From Rickettsiales bacterium (GTDB lineage: Bacteria > Pseudomonadota > Alphaproteobacteria > Rickettsiales > UBA3002), in assembly GCA_044225085.1 (NCBI GenBank), contig JBGAJE010000002.1:1-35080 (forward strand): a stretch of DNA of 35,080 bases, read 5' to 3'. The translations under genes were made by a program, and so were the position numbers. Below are positions 1-9,614 of this stretch, piece after piece. The notes under the pieces were generated by a model, which was not told the DNA's origin, ran no database searches, and saw only the letters and a list, made by a program, of their open reading frames with translations. Numbering within the stretch: the stretch's first letter is position 1; every line of letters starts with the position of its first letter.

Positions 1-1233
1 CATGACGGCAAGGAAGTCCCCGAGCTCAAAGCCGGGCAAACCGGCCAGTTCATTGTCAATCAAACCCCCTTCTATGCCGAATCCGGTGGCCAGATCGGCG
101 ACACCGGCCTCATCAACAGCAAAACCGCCGGCGGGCGCGTCACCGACACCACCAAACCGCTCGACGGCATCTACGTCCACCACATCACCGTCGATGACGG
201 CACACTGCGTGTCGGCGACACCGTCACCCTCACCATCGACACTGAGCGCCGCGACCGCGTGCGCGCCAACCATTCGGCCACCCACCTGCTGCACGCCGTC
301 CTGCGCAATATGCTGGGCGAGCACATCACCCAGAAAGGCTCTCTCGTCGCCGAAGACCGCCTGCGGTTCGACATCACCCACCCCAAACAAATCTCCGCGG
401 GCGAGCTGAAAGCTATCGAGGCCGAAGTCAACCGCCTCATCTGGCAGAACTCCGAAGCCGTCACTCGCCTGATGTCGCAGGACGAAGCGATCAAAGCCGG
501 CGCCATGGCCCTCTTCGGCGAGAAATATGGCGCCGAAGTCCGCGTCCTCAACATGGGGCTGGATGATGCAAACGGCATCTACTCGCTCGAACTCTGCGGC
601 GGCACGCATGTGAAACGCACCGGCGATATCGGCCTGTTCAAAATCATCAGCGAAAGCGCCGTCGCCGCCGGGGTCCGCCGCATCGAGGCGGTAACGCAGG
701 CAGGTGCTTATGCCTATGCCGACATGCAGGAGACAGCGCTCAAGGAAACGGCTGCGCTGTTAAAAATAAAACCGGACGAAGTCCGCGAAAAAGTCGCCGC
801 CTTGGCCGAAGAGAAAAAGAAACTCGAAAAACAACTCGCCGAAGCCAAAAAACAGCTGGCCATGGGTGGTGGCAGCGCGGGCAGCAACGCCGAAGCCGCG
901 GTGGAAATGGTGGGCGCCTTCAAACTCGCCGCCCGCAGCTTCGCCGAGCTCGACGCCAAGTCCCTACGCGACCTTGCAAACGGCATGCAGCAGAAACACC
1001 CGGATGCCGTGAGCTTGCTGCTCGCCACTAACGAAGGCAAAGCCTCCGTCATTGTCGCCATCGGCAAAGAGCTGCAGGGAAAAGTGGATGCCCCTACCCT
1101 CGTCAAAGCCGCGGTCGAAGCCGTCGGCGGCAAAGGCGGCGGCGGACGGCCGGAGTTTGCCCAGGGTGGCGGGCCGGAAGGCGATAAGCTCGATGCGGCG
1201 CTGGCCGCAGTGAAGGTGGCGCTACAGGCTTAA
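1..1233 (+). CDS. alaS: alanine--tRNA ligase, C-terminal ~410 aa (5' end outside window)
   Basis: Frame 1 is open from base 1. The translation HDGKEVPELKAGQTGQFIVNQTPFYAESGGQIGDTG...RANHSATHLLHAVLR...LCGGTHV...GGGRPEFAQGGG matches AlaRS editing and C-Ala domains. Track ORF 259..1233 is only the part after an internal GTG. Confidence 0.95.
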   Translation, partial: HDGKEVPELKAGQTGQFIVNQTPFYAESGGQIGDTGLINSKTAGGRVTDTTKPLDGIYVHHITVDDGTLRVGDTVTLTIDTERRDRVRANHSATHLLHAVLRNMLGEHITQKGSLVAEDRLRFDITHPKQISAGELKAIEAEVNRLIWQNSEAVTRLMSQDEAIKAGAMALFGEKYGAEVRVLNMGLDDANGIYSLELCGGTHVKRTGDIGLFKIISESAVAAGVRRIEAVTQAGAYAYADMQETALKETAALLKIKPDEVREKVAALAEEKKKLEKQLAEAKKQLAMGGGSAGSNAEAAVEMVGAFKLAARSFAELDAKSLRDLANGMQQKHPDAVSLLLATNEGKASVIVAIGKELQGKVDAPTLVKAAVEAVGGKGGGGRPEFAQGGGPEGDKLDAALAAVKVALQA

Positions 1234-1366
1234 CCTCACTTTGACGAGGTGATTTAGCCACAACAGAGCAATCTCAACACGTATAACCCTTCTATTTTTG
1301 GCTTTTGCTAACGGCTATGCTTATCTTCACGTTATAAACGCTGTAGAACCCACCCATGGAGCGCCT

Positions 1367-2842
1367 ATGTCCGCCGTTGTGCAAATGAATCAGAAGCCGC
1401 AAGCGAAACCCATTACGGTTGCCTATGGCGATGGCATCGGGCCGGAGATTATGGAGGCGGTGCTAAAAATCCTCGCCGAGGCACGCGTGCCGCTGAATAT
1501 CGAGACCATCGAGGTTGGGCAAAAGTTTTATGAAAAGGGTGTCACGACCGGTATCCCGCCAGCAGCGTGGGATTCGATCCGCCGCACGAAGGTGTTGCTG
1601 AAGGCACCGATTACCACGCCGCAAGGTGGTGGGTATAAATCGCTCAACGTGACGATGCGCAAATCGCTGGGGCTTTATTCCAACGTGCGCCCATGCGTGA
1701 GCTTTCACCCCTACATCAAATCCATGCATGCGAACATGAACCTCGTCATCATCCGTGAGAACGAGGAGGATTTGTACGCAGGCATCGAGTACCGCCAGAC
1801 GCATGACGCGTTCCAGTCGGTCAAAATCATCACCAAATCGGGCACGGAGCGCATTATGCGCTACGCGTTTGAATATGCGGTGGCGAATAATCGCAAAAAA
1901 GTCACCTGCATGAGCAAAGACAACATCATGAAGCTGACGGATGGCGCGTTCCACGACATGTTCACGCAAGTCTCGAAGGAATATCCGCAGATCGAGGCGG
2001 ATCACTATATCGTGGATATCGGTTCGGCGCGTATCGCTAGCAAACCGCACATCTTTGATGTGATTGTGACTGAGAATTTATACGGCGATATCATCTCCGA
2101 TATCGCGGCGGAAGTTTCCGGTTCGGTTGGCCTCGCTGGCTCCTCCAACGTCGGCGCGAATTATGCGATGTTTGAGGCGATTCATGGTTCCGCGCCGGAT
2201 ATCGCGGGGCAGGATATTGCCAACCCATCGGGTCTACTCAATGGTGCGATCATGATGCTGGTGCATCTGGGCCTGCATGAACAAGCGTCCATCATCCACA
2301 ATGCGTGGCTCAAAACGATTGAGGACGGCATTCACACCGCCGATATTTTCAACGATATGAGCAAACAAAAAGTCGGCACCAAGGCATTTGCCGATGCGGT
2401 GATTGAGCGTTTGGGCCAAGAGCCGCAAACCTATCGCGTGGTGAAGTATCAGCCGCGCAAAGCATCTGCCCCCATCCATGCCGTGTTGGCGGAGGAGAAG
2501 GAGGTGCGCAAGCTGGTGGGTGTCGATATGTTCATCCACTGGTATCACAAGGATATTGCATCGCTCGCGGCTGCGATGAGCAGCCTTGCGAGTTCAAATC
2601 TCGAGCTAAAAATGATCTCCTGCAAGGGCCTAAAAGTATGGCCGAACATCGTGACGGAAATGGATGTGACGGATCGCTTCCGCTGCCGCTTTATGCCAAA
2701 GGTGAAAGATGCCGAAGTGACGCACAAGGACCTTGCTTCTTTGCTGAACCAAGCGGCTGAGAAGGACATCGACTTCCTGAAGATTGAGACACTGTTTACG
2801 TTCGATGGGAAGTTAGGGTACAGCGCCAGCCAGGGTGAATAA
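1367..2842 (+). CDS. icd: isocitrate dehydrogenase (long ~490-aa form)
   Basis: Lies in ORF 1298..2842. ATG 1367 is preceded by GGAG (1358-1361). Carries ITVAYGDGIGPEIM, NLYGDIISD and HGSAPDIAG motifs of the isocitrate/isopropylmalate dehydrogenase family. Confidence 0.9.
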   Translation: MSAVVQMNQKPQAKPITVAYGDGIGPEIMEAVLKILAEARVPLNIETIEVGQKFYEKGVTTGIPPAAWDSIRRTKVLLKAPITTPQGGGYKSLNVTMRKSLGLYSNVRPCVSFHPYIKSMHANMNLVIIRENEEDLYAGIEYRQTHDAFQSVKIITKSGTERIMRYAFEYAVANNRKKVTCMSKDNIMKLTDGAFHDMFTQVSKEYPQIEADHYIVDIGSARIASKPHIFDVIVTENLYGDIISDIAAEVSGSVGLAGSSNVGANYAMFEAIHGSAPDIAGQDIANPSGLLNGAIMMLVHLGLHEQASIIHNAWLKTIEDGIHTADIFNDMSKQKVGTKAFADAVIERLGQEPQTYRVVKYQPRKASAPIHAVLAEEKEVRKLVGVDMFIHWYHKDIASLAAAMSSLASSNLELKMISCKGLKVWPNIVTEMDVTDRFRCRFMPKVKDAEVTHKDLASLLNQAAEKDIDFLKIETLFTFDGKLGYSASQGE

Positions 2843-2844
2843 GG

Positions 2845-3207
2845 GTGGCGTGGTTTGCTGGGCTTCCTCTTTATAAAAAACTCTCCCTCACGCTCGTTGC
2901 TATAGCCTGTGGTTTTGCGTTTTATCGATGTCTGCACGATGTGCGTCCTGAAGCTTTTGGATTGCTACTAGAGCTTGGCCCTCATCTATTGATTGCTTAC
3001 TGTGTGGTACAGTGCAACAGCCGTGCTGGAAGTGTTATAGCATTTGCACAACTCTTTTTCGCCAGCATAACTGGAATAGTGTTATCCAAAAACAACCCCG
3101 GCGACGTGACGGCCCTTTTATATTGGATGCTGATTATAACAGAATATGCCCTAACACTTATTATTTGGCTGGTGCATTGGTTGATTAGTCGATATCAGGC
3201 CCCATAG
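2845..3207 (+). CDS. hypothetical small membrane protein (3-4 predicted TM segments)
   Basis: 120-aa ORF, AT-richer than its neighbours, with hydrophobic stretches (LTLVAIACGFAFY, LLIAYCVV, VIAFAQLFFASITGIVL, YWMLIITEYALTLIIWLV). GTG start and no recognisable family. Confidence 0.35.
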   Translation: MAWFAGLPLYKKLSLTLVAIACGFAFYRCLHDVRPEAFGLLLELGPHLLIAYCVVQCNSRAGSVIAFAQLFFASITGIVLSKNNPGDVTALLYWMLIITEYALTLIIWLVHWLISRYQAP

Positions 3208-3214
3208 AGCATTT

Positions 3215-3976
3215 TTAAGAAAACGCCCGTTCCCGCTCCGCCTTGCTTGGCACATTGATTAGCACCGCGCGGTGCTTGCCTTGGAACACAAACAATGCCC
3301 CTGCCGCAGCTCCAGAAGCACCAGTTTTAATCGCCGCCGCGAGATTGTCCGCATTGCTCGCGCCTCCGCAGGCGATGACGGGGACGGTGGTGTTCTTCGC
3401 CACGCGTTCAACGAGTTCGAGATCGTAGCCTTGCAGCGTGCCATCGCGGTGGATGGCTTGGACCATGATCTCCCCTGCCCCTTTGGCGGTGACTTGGGCC
3501 ACGTATTCATCCAGCCCTGTTGCGATTTTTTCGGTGCCGGCTTTGATCATTACATCATAACCGCCGAGCAGTTTCTTCTTCGCGTCGATGCCGATGACCA
3601 CGCTTTGGCGACCGAAGCGGGCAGAGGCTTCTTCAATCAACCCCGGCACGGTGACCGCCGCCGTGGTGAGCACTACCTTCTCGCAGCCGAGGCGAAATAG
3701 CTTTTCCATCTGCGCCGTGGTGGTGACGCCGCCGCCATATGCCAGCGGCATGAAGCATTCGCTCGCGAGTTGTTCGATCATGTCGTAATTCGGTTCGCGT
3801 TTGTCGCGTGTGGCTTCGATATCGAGCACCACGAGCTCATCGACACCCTTATCGTTGAAAATGCGCACGGCATTGATGGCATCCCCCACATAGCGGTGAT
3901 CGGCAAATTTCTCGCCCTTCACAAGACCAGTTTTGCGAAGCAGAAGGCAGGGAATGATGCGGGGACGACGGGCCAT
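3215..3976 (-). CDS. HisF-like (beta/alpha)8 cyclase paralogue of the glycan-biosynthesis type (WbuZ/HisF2-like)
   Basis: N-terminus RIIPCLLLRKTGLVKGEKF..YVGDAINAVRIFNDKGVDELVVLDI and MPLAYGGGV, GAGEIMV, ACGGA motifs. Sits next to glycosyltransferase genes, not his genes. Confidence 0.85.
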   Translation of the reverse strand: MARRPRIIPCLLLRKTGLVKGEKFADHRYVGDAINAVRIFNDKGVDELVVLDIEATRDKREPNYDMIEQLASECFMPLAYGGGVTTTAQMEKLFRLGCEKVVLTTAAVTVPGLIEEASARFGRQSVVIGIDAKKKLLGGYDVMIKAGTEKIATGLDEYVAQVTAKGAGEIMVQAIHRDGTLQGYDLELVERVAKNTTVPVIACGGASNADNLAAAIKTGASGAAAGALFVFQGKHRAVLINVPSKAERERAFS

Positions 3977-3985
3977 GGCGCCTGC

Positions 3986-5107
3986 TTATCGCACGCGCAA
4001 ACGTTGGTAAAGCGCCAGATAGTCGGTGGCCATCTTCTGCGCGGTAAATTCTGCCTCAAACCTCGCACGAGCGGCCTGGCCATAGCGGGTGGCGCGGGTG
4101 TCATCGGTGGCGATGGTTCGCATGGCGGCGGCGAAGGCGGTTGGGTCGCTTGGGGATACAACGAGGCCGGTGACGTCATGCTGGTTAATGTAACTGGTTC
4201 CCGTTCCGATTTCGCAGCTGATCATGGGTTTGCCCATCATCGCTGCTTCGAGCAGGCTAACGCCAAAGGCTTCGGAACGTAAATGCGAGGGGAAAACGAA
4301 TGCGCGGCAGAGCGTGAGTAACGCCATTTTATCGAGATCGCTGATTTCGGCGGTGAAGTGGATGTTGGGTGCGCCGACGGCGGCTTGGCGGAGTGCAGCT
4401 TCTTCCCTGCCCTTACCGACGATGACCACGGGGAGGCCCGTTTCGCGCGCGGCGGTCATGAGAGTGGGCAGGCCTTTGTAATAGCGTAGTGCTCCGGTGA
4501 AGAGAAAAAAGTTTTCGCCGTAGCGTGTGCGCCACTTGGCAAGGGTCGCCTCGTCTGGCCTAGGGTAGAGCGTTTCATCAAGCCCGATGGGGATGCTGGT
4601 GGTTTTGGCGTGGTAACGCTGAAGCACGGAGCTTGTTGCGATGTAGTTTGGGCTGGTGGCGACAATCGCGTTCATTTGGCCAAGGAAGCGATTCATTAGC
4701 GGTTGATAGAAAAGCTTCAGCAGTTTTTGACGAACGATGTCGGAATGATAAGTGACAAGCGCGGGAATATGTTTCGGCGCAAACTGGTGGAGCAGATCGC
4801 CCGAAGGCCACGGGAAGTGGTAGTGCAGCACATCCGCCGCGGCTGCGAGGCGATGGAAATCGCGGAAGGCAGTGAAGGAAATCCCGTTCGAGGCGAACTC
4901 GAGCGTGAGGGGATAATAGTGAATCGTGACGCCTTCATGCTCGGTGCTTGTTGGCGTTTGCACGGTGCGGCTGAGTGTGACTACAGTGACGCGGTGACCC
5001 ATCGCATGGTAAGCGACAGCAAGATGGCGGATGAATTGCTCCACCCCGCCAAAACTCGCGGTGTAATAGCTTTTGTAAACGTGCAGAATATGCAGTGGCT
5101 GTGTCAT
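3986..5107 (-). CDS. glycosyltransferase, GT-B fold (GT1/GT4-type)
   Basis: Start taken at MTQPLHILHVYKSYY (ATG 5107), inside ORF 3986..5164. C-terminal E-x7-E region SEAFGVSLLEAAMMGKPMISCEIGTG is typical of retaining GT4-family enzymes. Confidence 0.85.
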   Translation of the reverse strand: MTQPLHILHVYKSYYTASFGGVEQFIRHLAVAYHAMGHRVTVVTLSRTVQTPTSTEHEGVTIHYYPLTLEFASNGISFTAFRDFHRLAAAADVLHYHFPWPSGDLLHQFAPKHIPALVTYHSDIVRQKLLKLFYQPLMNRFLGQMNAIVATSPNYIATSSVLQRYHAKTTSIPIGLDETLYPRPDEATLAKWRTRYGENFFLFTGALRYYKGLPTLMTAARETGLPVVIVGKGREEAALRQAAVGAPNIHFTAEISDLDKMALLTLCRAFVFPSHLRSEAFGVSLLEAAMMGKPMISCEIGTGTSYINQHDVTGLVVSPSDPTAFAAAMRTIATDDTRATRYGQAARARFEAEFTAQKMATDYLALYQRLRVR

Positions 5108-5206
5108 CGGCGAACAGCATGGACAAGGCGAGAAAAGAACACTACTAAAATCGTATGCAATCACACGGTTGATGGCGTATTGCCATCGCTAAAAAAAGGC
5201 ATAAGC

Positions 5207-6205
5207 ATGGCGAGGCTGTCTCCAACGCCGGTTTTGGTAACGGGTGCCGAGGGATTTATTGGCAGCGCTGTTTGTGATGCGCTGCTGGCTCAAGCAGTGC
5301 CGGTGCGTGCAGCCTCGCGTTACGCGATTCGTGACTCTTCTCACCCCTTATTGCAGCCGATGGCGATCGGCACGATGAATTACACGACGGATTGGCGTGA
5401 GGCACTGGCACCATGTGGCGCAGTGGTGCACACTGCCGCGCGGGCGCATGTGACGTCGGAAACTGCCGATGATCCGCTGAGTGAATTTCGGCGGACGAAT
5501 GTGGAAGGCACGCTCGCCCTTGCTCGACAAGCACTGGATGCTGGGGTGAAACGTTTCGTTTTTATCAGCACGGCGAAGGTGCTCGGCGAGGGCCAAGCGA
5601 TGCTCTATACCGATACCTCCCTGCCCGCACCAAAGGATGCTTATTCGATCTCGAAGTGGGAAGCGGAGCAAGGCTTGCGCGATCTCACGGCAGGCACGCG
5701 GATGGAGCTGGTGATTTTGCGGCCGCCGCTGGTTTATGGGCCGGGGGTGAAAGCGAATTTTCTGCAATTGATGCGGTTGGTCGATAAGGGTTATCCGCTG
5801 CCGTTTGGGGCGGTGGTTAATCGGCGGAGTTTTATTTATCTCGAAAATTTGGTGCAGGCGATTTTGCTGTGCCTCACGCATCCGGTAGCGGCCAATTCAT
5901 GTTTTTTATTGGCCGATGCGGAACCACTTTCGACCCCTGCCCTTATTCGTGCGATTGCGGCTGCGCTTGATCGGCCCGCGCGGCTTTTTCCGTTACCGGC
6001 TTCGGTGATTCAATGTGCTGCTAAGTTGTGTGGAAAAAGTGAAATGGCGGATCGGCTATTAGGCTCGCTGATGGTTGATGGTTCGGGAATTCAACGCGCC
6101 CTTAATTGGTCGCCACCGGTCAGCACTGCGGCTGGGTTGAAAAAGACGGCGGAGTGGTTTAAAGCGGAGTTTCATCACCCTAACATGGCTGCCCTGCGTG
6201 GATAA
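5207..6205 (+). CDS. NAD-dependent sugar epimerase/dehydratase (SDR family)
   Basis: ATG 5207 (MARLSPTPVLVTGAEGFIGS) provides a GxxGxxG Rossmann motif. YSISK provides the YxxxK catalytic motif. The track ORF start at 4703 is an antisense extension over the GT gene. Confidence 0.85.
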   Translation: MARLSPTPVLVTGAEGFIGSAVCDALLAQAVPVRAASRYAIRDSSHPLLQPMAIGTMNYTTDWREALAPCGAVVHTAARAHVTSETADDPLSEFRRTNVEGTLALARQALDAGVKRFVFISTAKVLGEGQAMLYTDTSLPAPKDAYSISKWEAEQGLRDLTAGTRMELVILRPPLVYGPGVKANFLQLMRLVDKGYPLPFGAVVNRRSFIYLENLVQAILLCLTHPVAANSCFLLADAEPLSTPALIRAIAAALDRPARLFPLPASVIQCAAKLCGKSEMADRLLGSLMVDGSGIQRALNWSPPVSTAAGLKKTAEWFKAEFHHPNMAALRG

Positions 6206-7265
6206 TTCGCTTCTATTTTCCGCTATCATTCCTTTGCTCGCCGGCTAGACGGCGTGGTGTATTGAGGCGTGGCTCATTCGGCACGCGGAGCGTTTGAACT
6301 GCGTGGTGAACCCCAATCATCGGTCCTCGCATGTGAACCCGACACCAGGGAGCGGCGGTATTGGCATTGTGGTGGGTAGTCTGGCGGCGGGCGTGGCACT
6401 GCTGAGTGATTTTGGGATTCATGGGTTGTTGGTGATGATTCTATCACTCATGATTGCGGCGATTGGGTTGCGGGATGATATTCGTTACCTCACCGTCAAA
6501 ACGCGCTTGCTGGTGCAAGTGTTGGCGATTGGCGGATTACTATTCGCATTGATGCCATTTTTCTCGGTCGATAATATTACGCTGTACTCGCTGTTTCTCT
6601 TAGGCTTCATGCTTTTTGCCGGGGTGTGGTGGCTCAATTTGTTCAATTTCATGGATGGGATTGATGGCATGGCTGGCATGCAGGTGATTTTCATGCTGCT
6701 AGCCGTGGTTGCGCTTGGCTACTGGCAACACCCGGATATTTTGCTGAGCACGACGTGTATTTGGATTATTTCGCTCGCGGCGGCGACGGCGGGGTTTTTG
6801 CTACTGAATTGGTCGCCCGCCCGGATTTTTATGGGGGATGTGGGAAGCCTCTATCTCGCCTTTATGGTGTTTGCCATTATGCTGTGGTCGGTATTGCAAG
6901 ACTGGATGACGTTTCCGGTTTGGCTGATTCTCGGCGCGGCGTTTATTACGGATACGACTACCACATTATTGATCCGCATCTTGCGTGGGGAGCGGTGGTA
7001 TGAGGCACATCGCAGCCATGTGTACCAGCGACTCTCGCGTTATTGGGGTAGCCATGCGGCCACTAGCCGGGCTTATCTGGCAGTGAATCTTATTTGGCTG
7101 ACACCGCTTGCTTTCCTCGCCCTCGGGCCCGAGGTGACTTATGGTTGGTGGCTAGTAGGGTTGGCCTATGCCCCCCTTGTTCTTGGTTCCCTTTGCCTTG
7201 GGGCTGGCCGACCAGGCGAGATTACTAAATCGCTAAAACCAGCACAAACGCCTTATATTAGCTAA
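6198..7265 (+). pseudogene. WbpL/WecA-type polyprenol-phosphate sugar-1-phosphate transferase with in-frame TAG at 6246-6248
   Basis: Motifs NPNHRSSH, DDIRYL, NLFNFMDGIDGMAG and FMGDVGS are present. The same frame upstream of track ORF 6294..7265 reads GTG(6198)-DNSLLFSAIIPLLAG-TAG-TAWCIEAWLIRHAERLN, a TM1 segment cut by an amber codon. Confidence 0.6.
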
Positions 7266-7326
7266 TTTTTAACGTTTGTTGCCCATACTAAGCCTATGAG
7301 CCATTTAAGGGTTTCTTAGGGTACCT

Positions 7327-8418
7327 ATGCCATTGCAGTTAGCGAATCCTAGCCGTGTCGTCGCCGAGCATATCCGGCGCGGGGAAAATGTTGGGGTGAT
7401 GGATGACCACCGTAACCCTGACAACGCTGCACTTGTTATGGATCCAGCAGCATTAAAGCTATATGCCGAGGCTGGGCTCAAAGATATTATGCTCGAAATG
7501 GATTCGCATTCCTTCAAACGCTATGAGCAACTTCAGGATCAAGTACGTCACGGCACACTTAATAGGGATCAAGTCCGTAATATTATTAAGCGTGAAGGCT
7601 TATATTTTGCGTATACAGATCAAAACGGGCGCGCGGGGCAAGATATCGATCAACGTGCCGATCTTATCTATCACACGGCAAAGCTGAATATTAAGCTGCA
7701 TTCCTATGATGATCTAGAGGCCTGTGCAAAACGCGCTTACGATTCGCTTTCGGATGAAGATCGCGCGCTTTGGCCCAGCCTGAATGCTATGGTCTATGAC
7801 ATGGCCCAAGTTTCGGCGGGCGCACTTCATGTTTCCGCTGAAAAGCAAGAGGCACTTACACGTTTCCAGGAACTTATTCTTAACGAGCGCGTTGAGCTTA
7901 ATCCGCTTATCGCGACGAAGACGGACGACCATATGGGACAAATGACGGCTCAAAATCTTCAGGGCCGTTCTGTTTTGTTTCTTTATGGTGGAGGCCATAT
8001 GATAGCAGGGAACGATTTGGATGATCGTATCACAGCTTACACAGGCCAGCCGACCGTCAAATTCATGACAAATGATCCGCAATTGCGGGATATTCTACAA
8101 CCTTTTGTGGACATACGTCATGGCGCGGTGGATGTACCAAATTATGTCTATGACCCTCATACAGGTGAAGTCCGAGAAGTCCGCAATGGAGTTCGTGCAG
8201 CGGGACGCCAGGAAATGCAAACGTTCGCGCCACCTGTGCCGGGGGCGCCGGAGCGCACCGGACCGGGTGAATGGTGCAATTTAGACTTTGGCAATTTGAT
8301 GCGGTGGGCCTGTTCCTCGCAAGTGGCGCAGGGTGTGCCTAACCCAACCCCCTCTGTGCAAACGCTGCCAGCTGCTCCTGTGGCTTCCGATCAAGACCGG
8401 GGTGGCAGCAGGGGATAG
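7327..8418 (+). CDS. hypothetical protein (orphan; weak ChaN/Tiki-like motif order)
   Basis: 363-aa ORF of AT-richer composition with no TM segment or signal peptide. Motifs GVMDDHRNPD, LEMD and LYGGGHM occur in that order, followed by a Pro-rich C-terminal tail. Confidence 0.6.
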   Translation: MPLQLANPSRVVAEHIRRGENVGVMDDHRNPDNAALVMDPAALKLYAEAGLKDIMLEMDSHSFKRYEQLQDQVRHGTLNRDQVRNIIKREGLYFAYTDQNGRAGQDIDQRADLIYHTAKLNIKLHSYDDLEACAKRAYDSLSDEDRALWPSLNAMVYDMAQVSAGALHVSAEKQEALTRFQELILNERVELNPLIATKTDDHMGQMTAQNLQGRSVLFLYGGGHMIAGNDLDDRITAYTGQPTVKFMTNDPQLRDILQPFVDIRHGAVDVPNYVYDPHTGEVREVRNGVRAAGRQEMQTFAPPVPGAPERTGPGEWCNLDFGNLMRWACSSQVAQGVPNPTPSVQTLPAAPVASDQDRGGSRG

Positions 8419-8448
8419 CTAAAAGACGGGTTTTAGGTGGTTTTACTG

Positions 8449-8477
8449 TTGACAGGTGGGCCGATCCTGGGTAGTTA
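8449..8477 (+). promoter_or_regulatory. candidate sigma70-type promoter of rpmJ
   Basis: TTGACA (8449-8454), a 17-nt spacer, then TAGTTA (8472-8477), about 30 nt upstream of the rpmJ ATG. Confidence 0.4.
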
Positions 8478-8507
8478 GCGTCCTCATTTTGTATTCTGGG
8501 GACTACC

Positions 8508-8633
8508 ATGAAAGTTCTAAGCTCTTTGAAATCCGCCAAAAAACGCGACAAAAACTGCCGCGTGGTTCGCCGTAAAGGCCGCTTGTATGTCATCAACAAG
8601 CAAAACCCACGGATGAAAGCCCGCCAAGGCTAA
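8508..8633 (+). CDS. rpmJ: 50S ribosomal protein L36
   Basis: 41-aa ORF missing from the track because it is under 60 aa. [41 protein letters not shown] matches the non-zinc L36 form common in alphaproteobacteria. Confidence 0.9.
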   Translation: MKVLSSLKSAKKRDKNCRVVRRKGRLYVINKQNPRMKARQG

Positions 8634-8641
8634 GGCCCGGC

Positions 8642-8869
8642 GTGGAACATCCCGCCACCCCTCTAAGCAAAGACGCGCATCGCCGTTCGTTCGCCAAAGC
8701 TGTCAGCTGGCGCATTACGGGTAGTATTGACACGTTCATCCTGAGTTGGATTGTTACCGGCAGTGTGCATATCGCCGGCACGATTTCGGTGATCGAGATT
8801 TTTACCAAAATTATGCTGTTTTATGTCCATGAGCGTATCTGGGGTAAGATCCGCTGGGGCAAAAATTAG
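8642..8869 (+). CDS. small membrane protein, DUF2061-like
   Basis: RSFAKAVSWRITGSIDTFILSWIVTGS...EIFTKIMLFYVHERIW resembles the conserved DUF2061 pattern. GTG start lies 9 nt after rpmJ. Confidence 0.65.
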   Translation: MEHPATPLSKDAHRRSFAKAVSWRITGSIDTFILSWIVTGSVHIAGTISVIEIFTKIMLFYVHERIWGKIRWGKN

Positions 8870-8876
8870 CCCACGT

Positions 8877-9425
8877 TTAAGCCCATTTAATCGAACAGCC
8901 AATCGAAGCGGCTTGTTTGGCCGGCCCTTTGCCGGTGGCGACGATTTCCTTCATGGCGAGCAATAATTCGCGTTTGGGGTTGGGGAGGATGTTTGACCAG
9001 GACTCATCCAGCCGTCCGCGATATTGCAACTCAAGCCCCGCATTGAAGCCGAAGAAATCCGGTGTGCAAACGGCGCCATAGGCGCGTGCGACGGCCTGAG
9101 TTTCATCGATCACATAGGGAAACGGGAAGTGCTTTTCGTGTGCGAGCTTTTGCATGTTGGCGAAAGAATCATCGGGATAGGACTTTGCGTCGTTGCTCAT
9201 GATGGCGATGGTGCCGATACCCTCGGCCGCCAAGGCGCGTGCATCGCTGATGATGCGATCGAGCTGTTTTTGCACATAGGGGCAATGGTTGCAGATGAAC
9301 ATGACCAGCAGCCCTTTTGGCCCGCGGGCGGATTCGAGCGTATGCTGCTTGCCATCGACCCCGTGTAGGGTAAAGGGCGCGGCTTTCCAGCCAAGATTGG
9401 CTTGGGGGGTTTCTGTGCTCGGCAT
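8877..9425 (-). CDS. thioredoxin-fold protein (AhpC/TSA-like, CxxC)
   Basis: Start taken at MPSTETPQ (ATG 9425), inside ORF 8877..9503. Carries the FICNHCPYV redox motif and a thioredoxin-like fold pattern. Confidence 0.85.
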   Translation of the reverse strand: MPSTETPQANLGWKAAPFTLHGVDGKQHTLESARGPKGLLVMFICNHCPYVQKQLDRIISDARALAAEGIGTIAIMSNDAKSYPDDSFANMQKLAHEKHFPFPYVIDETQAVARAYGAVCTPDFFGFNAGLELQYRGRLDESWSNILPNPKRELLLAMKEIVATGKGPAKQAASIGCSIKWA

Positions 9426-9614
9426 GGTGTTCTCTCTTATGCGTATTTTTTTATAACATCGTCTATGCGCCGATTTTGAGGAGAAATCAATCGCCTCGGG
9501 CAATATTTAGAAATTTCATAAAAATCAATCTACTTCCCGGCATATCGCGGTGCAATATAATTGCGTTTTTATGCTACTCATGCTACATTTGCTTCCTCAA
9601 CGTAGGAGAGCAGG

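Noticed and set aside
2-409. 135-aa Pro/Ser/Thr-rich ORF at the window start
   Set aside because: It is an alternative frame of alaS. Frame 1 gives clear AlaRS sequence from base 1.
4703-5206. N-terminal 168-aa extension of the epimerase ORF
   Set aside because: It is antisense to the glycosyltransferase gene. The Rossmann motif starts right after ATG 5207, which is the sensible start.
8339-8599. 86-aa minus-strand ORF overlapping rpmJ
   Set aside because: It is antisense to the highly conserved L36 gene and its promoter, with no supporting features.
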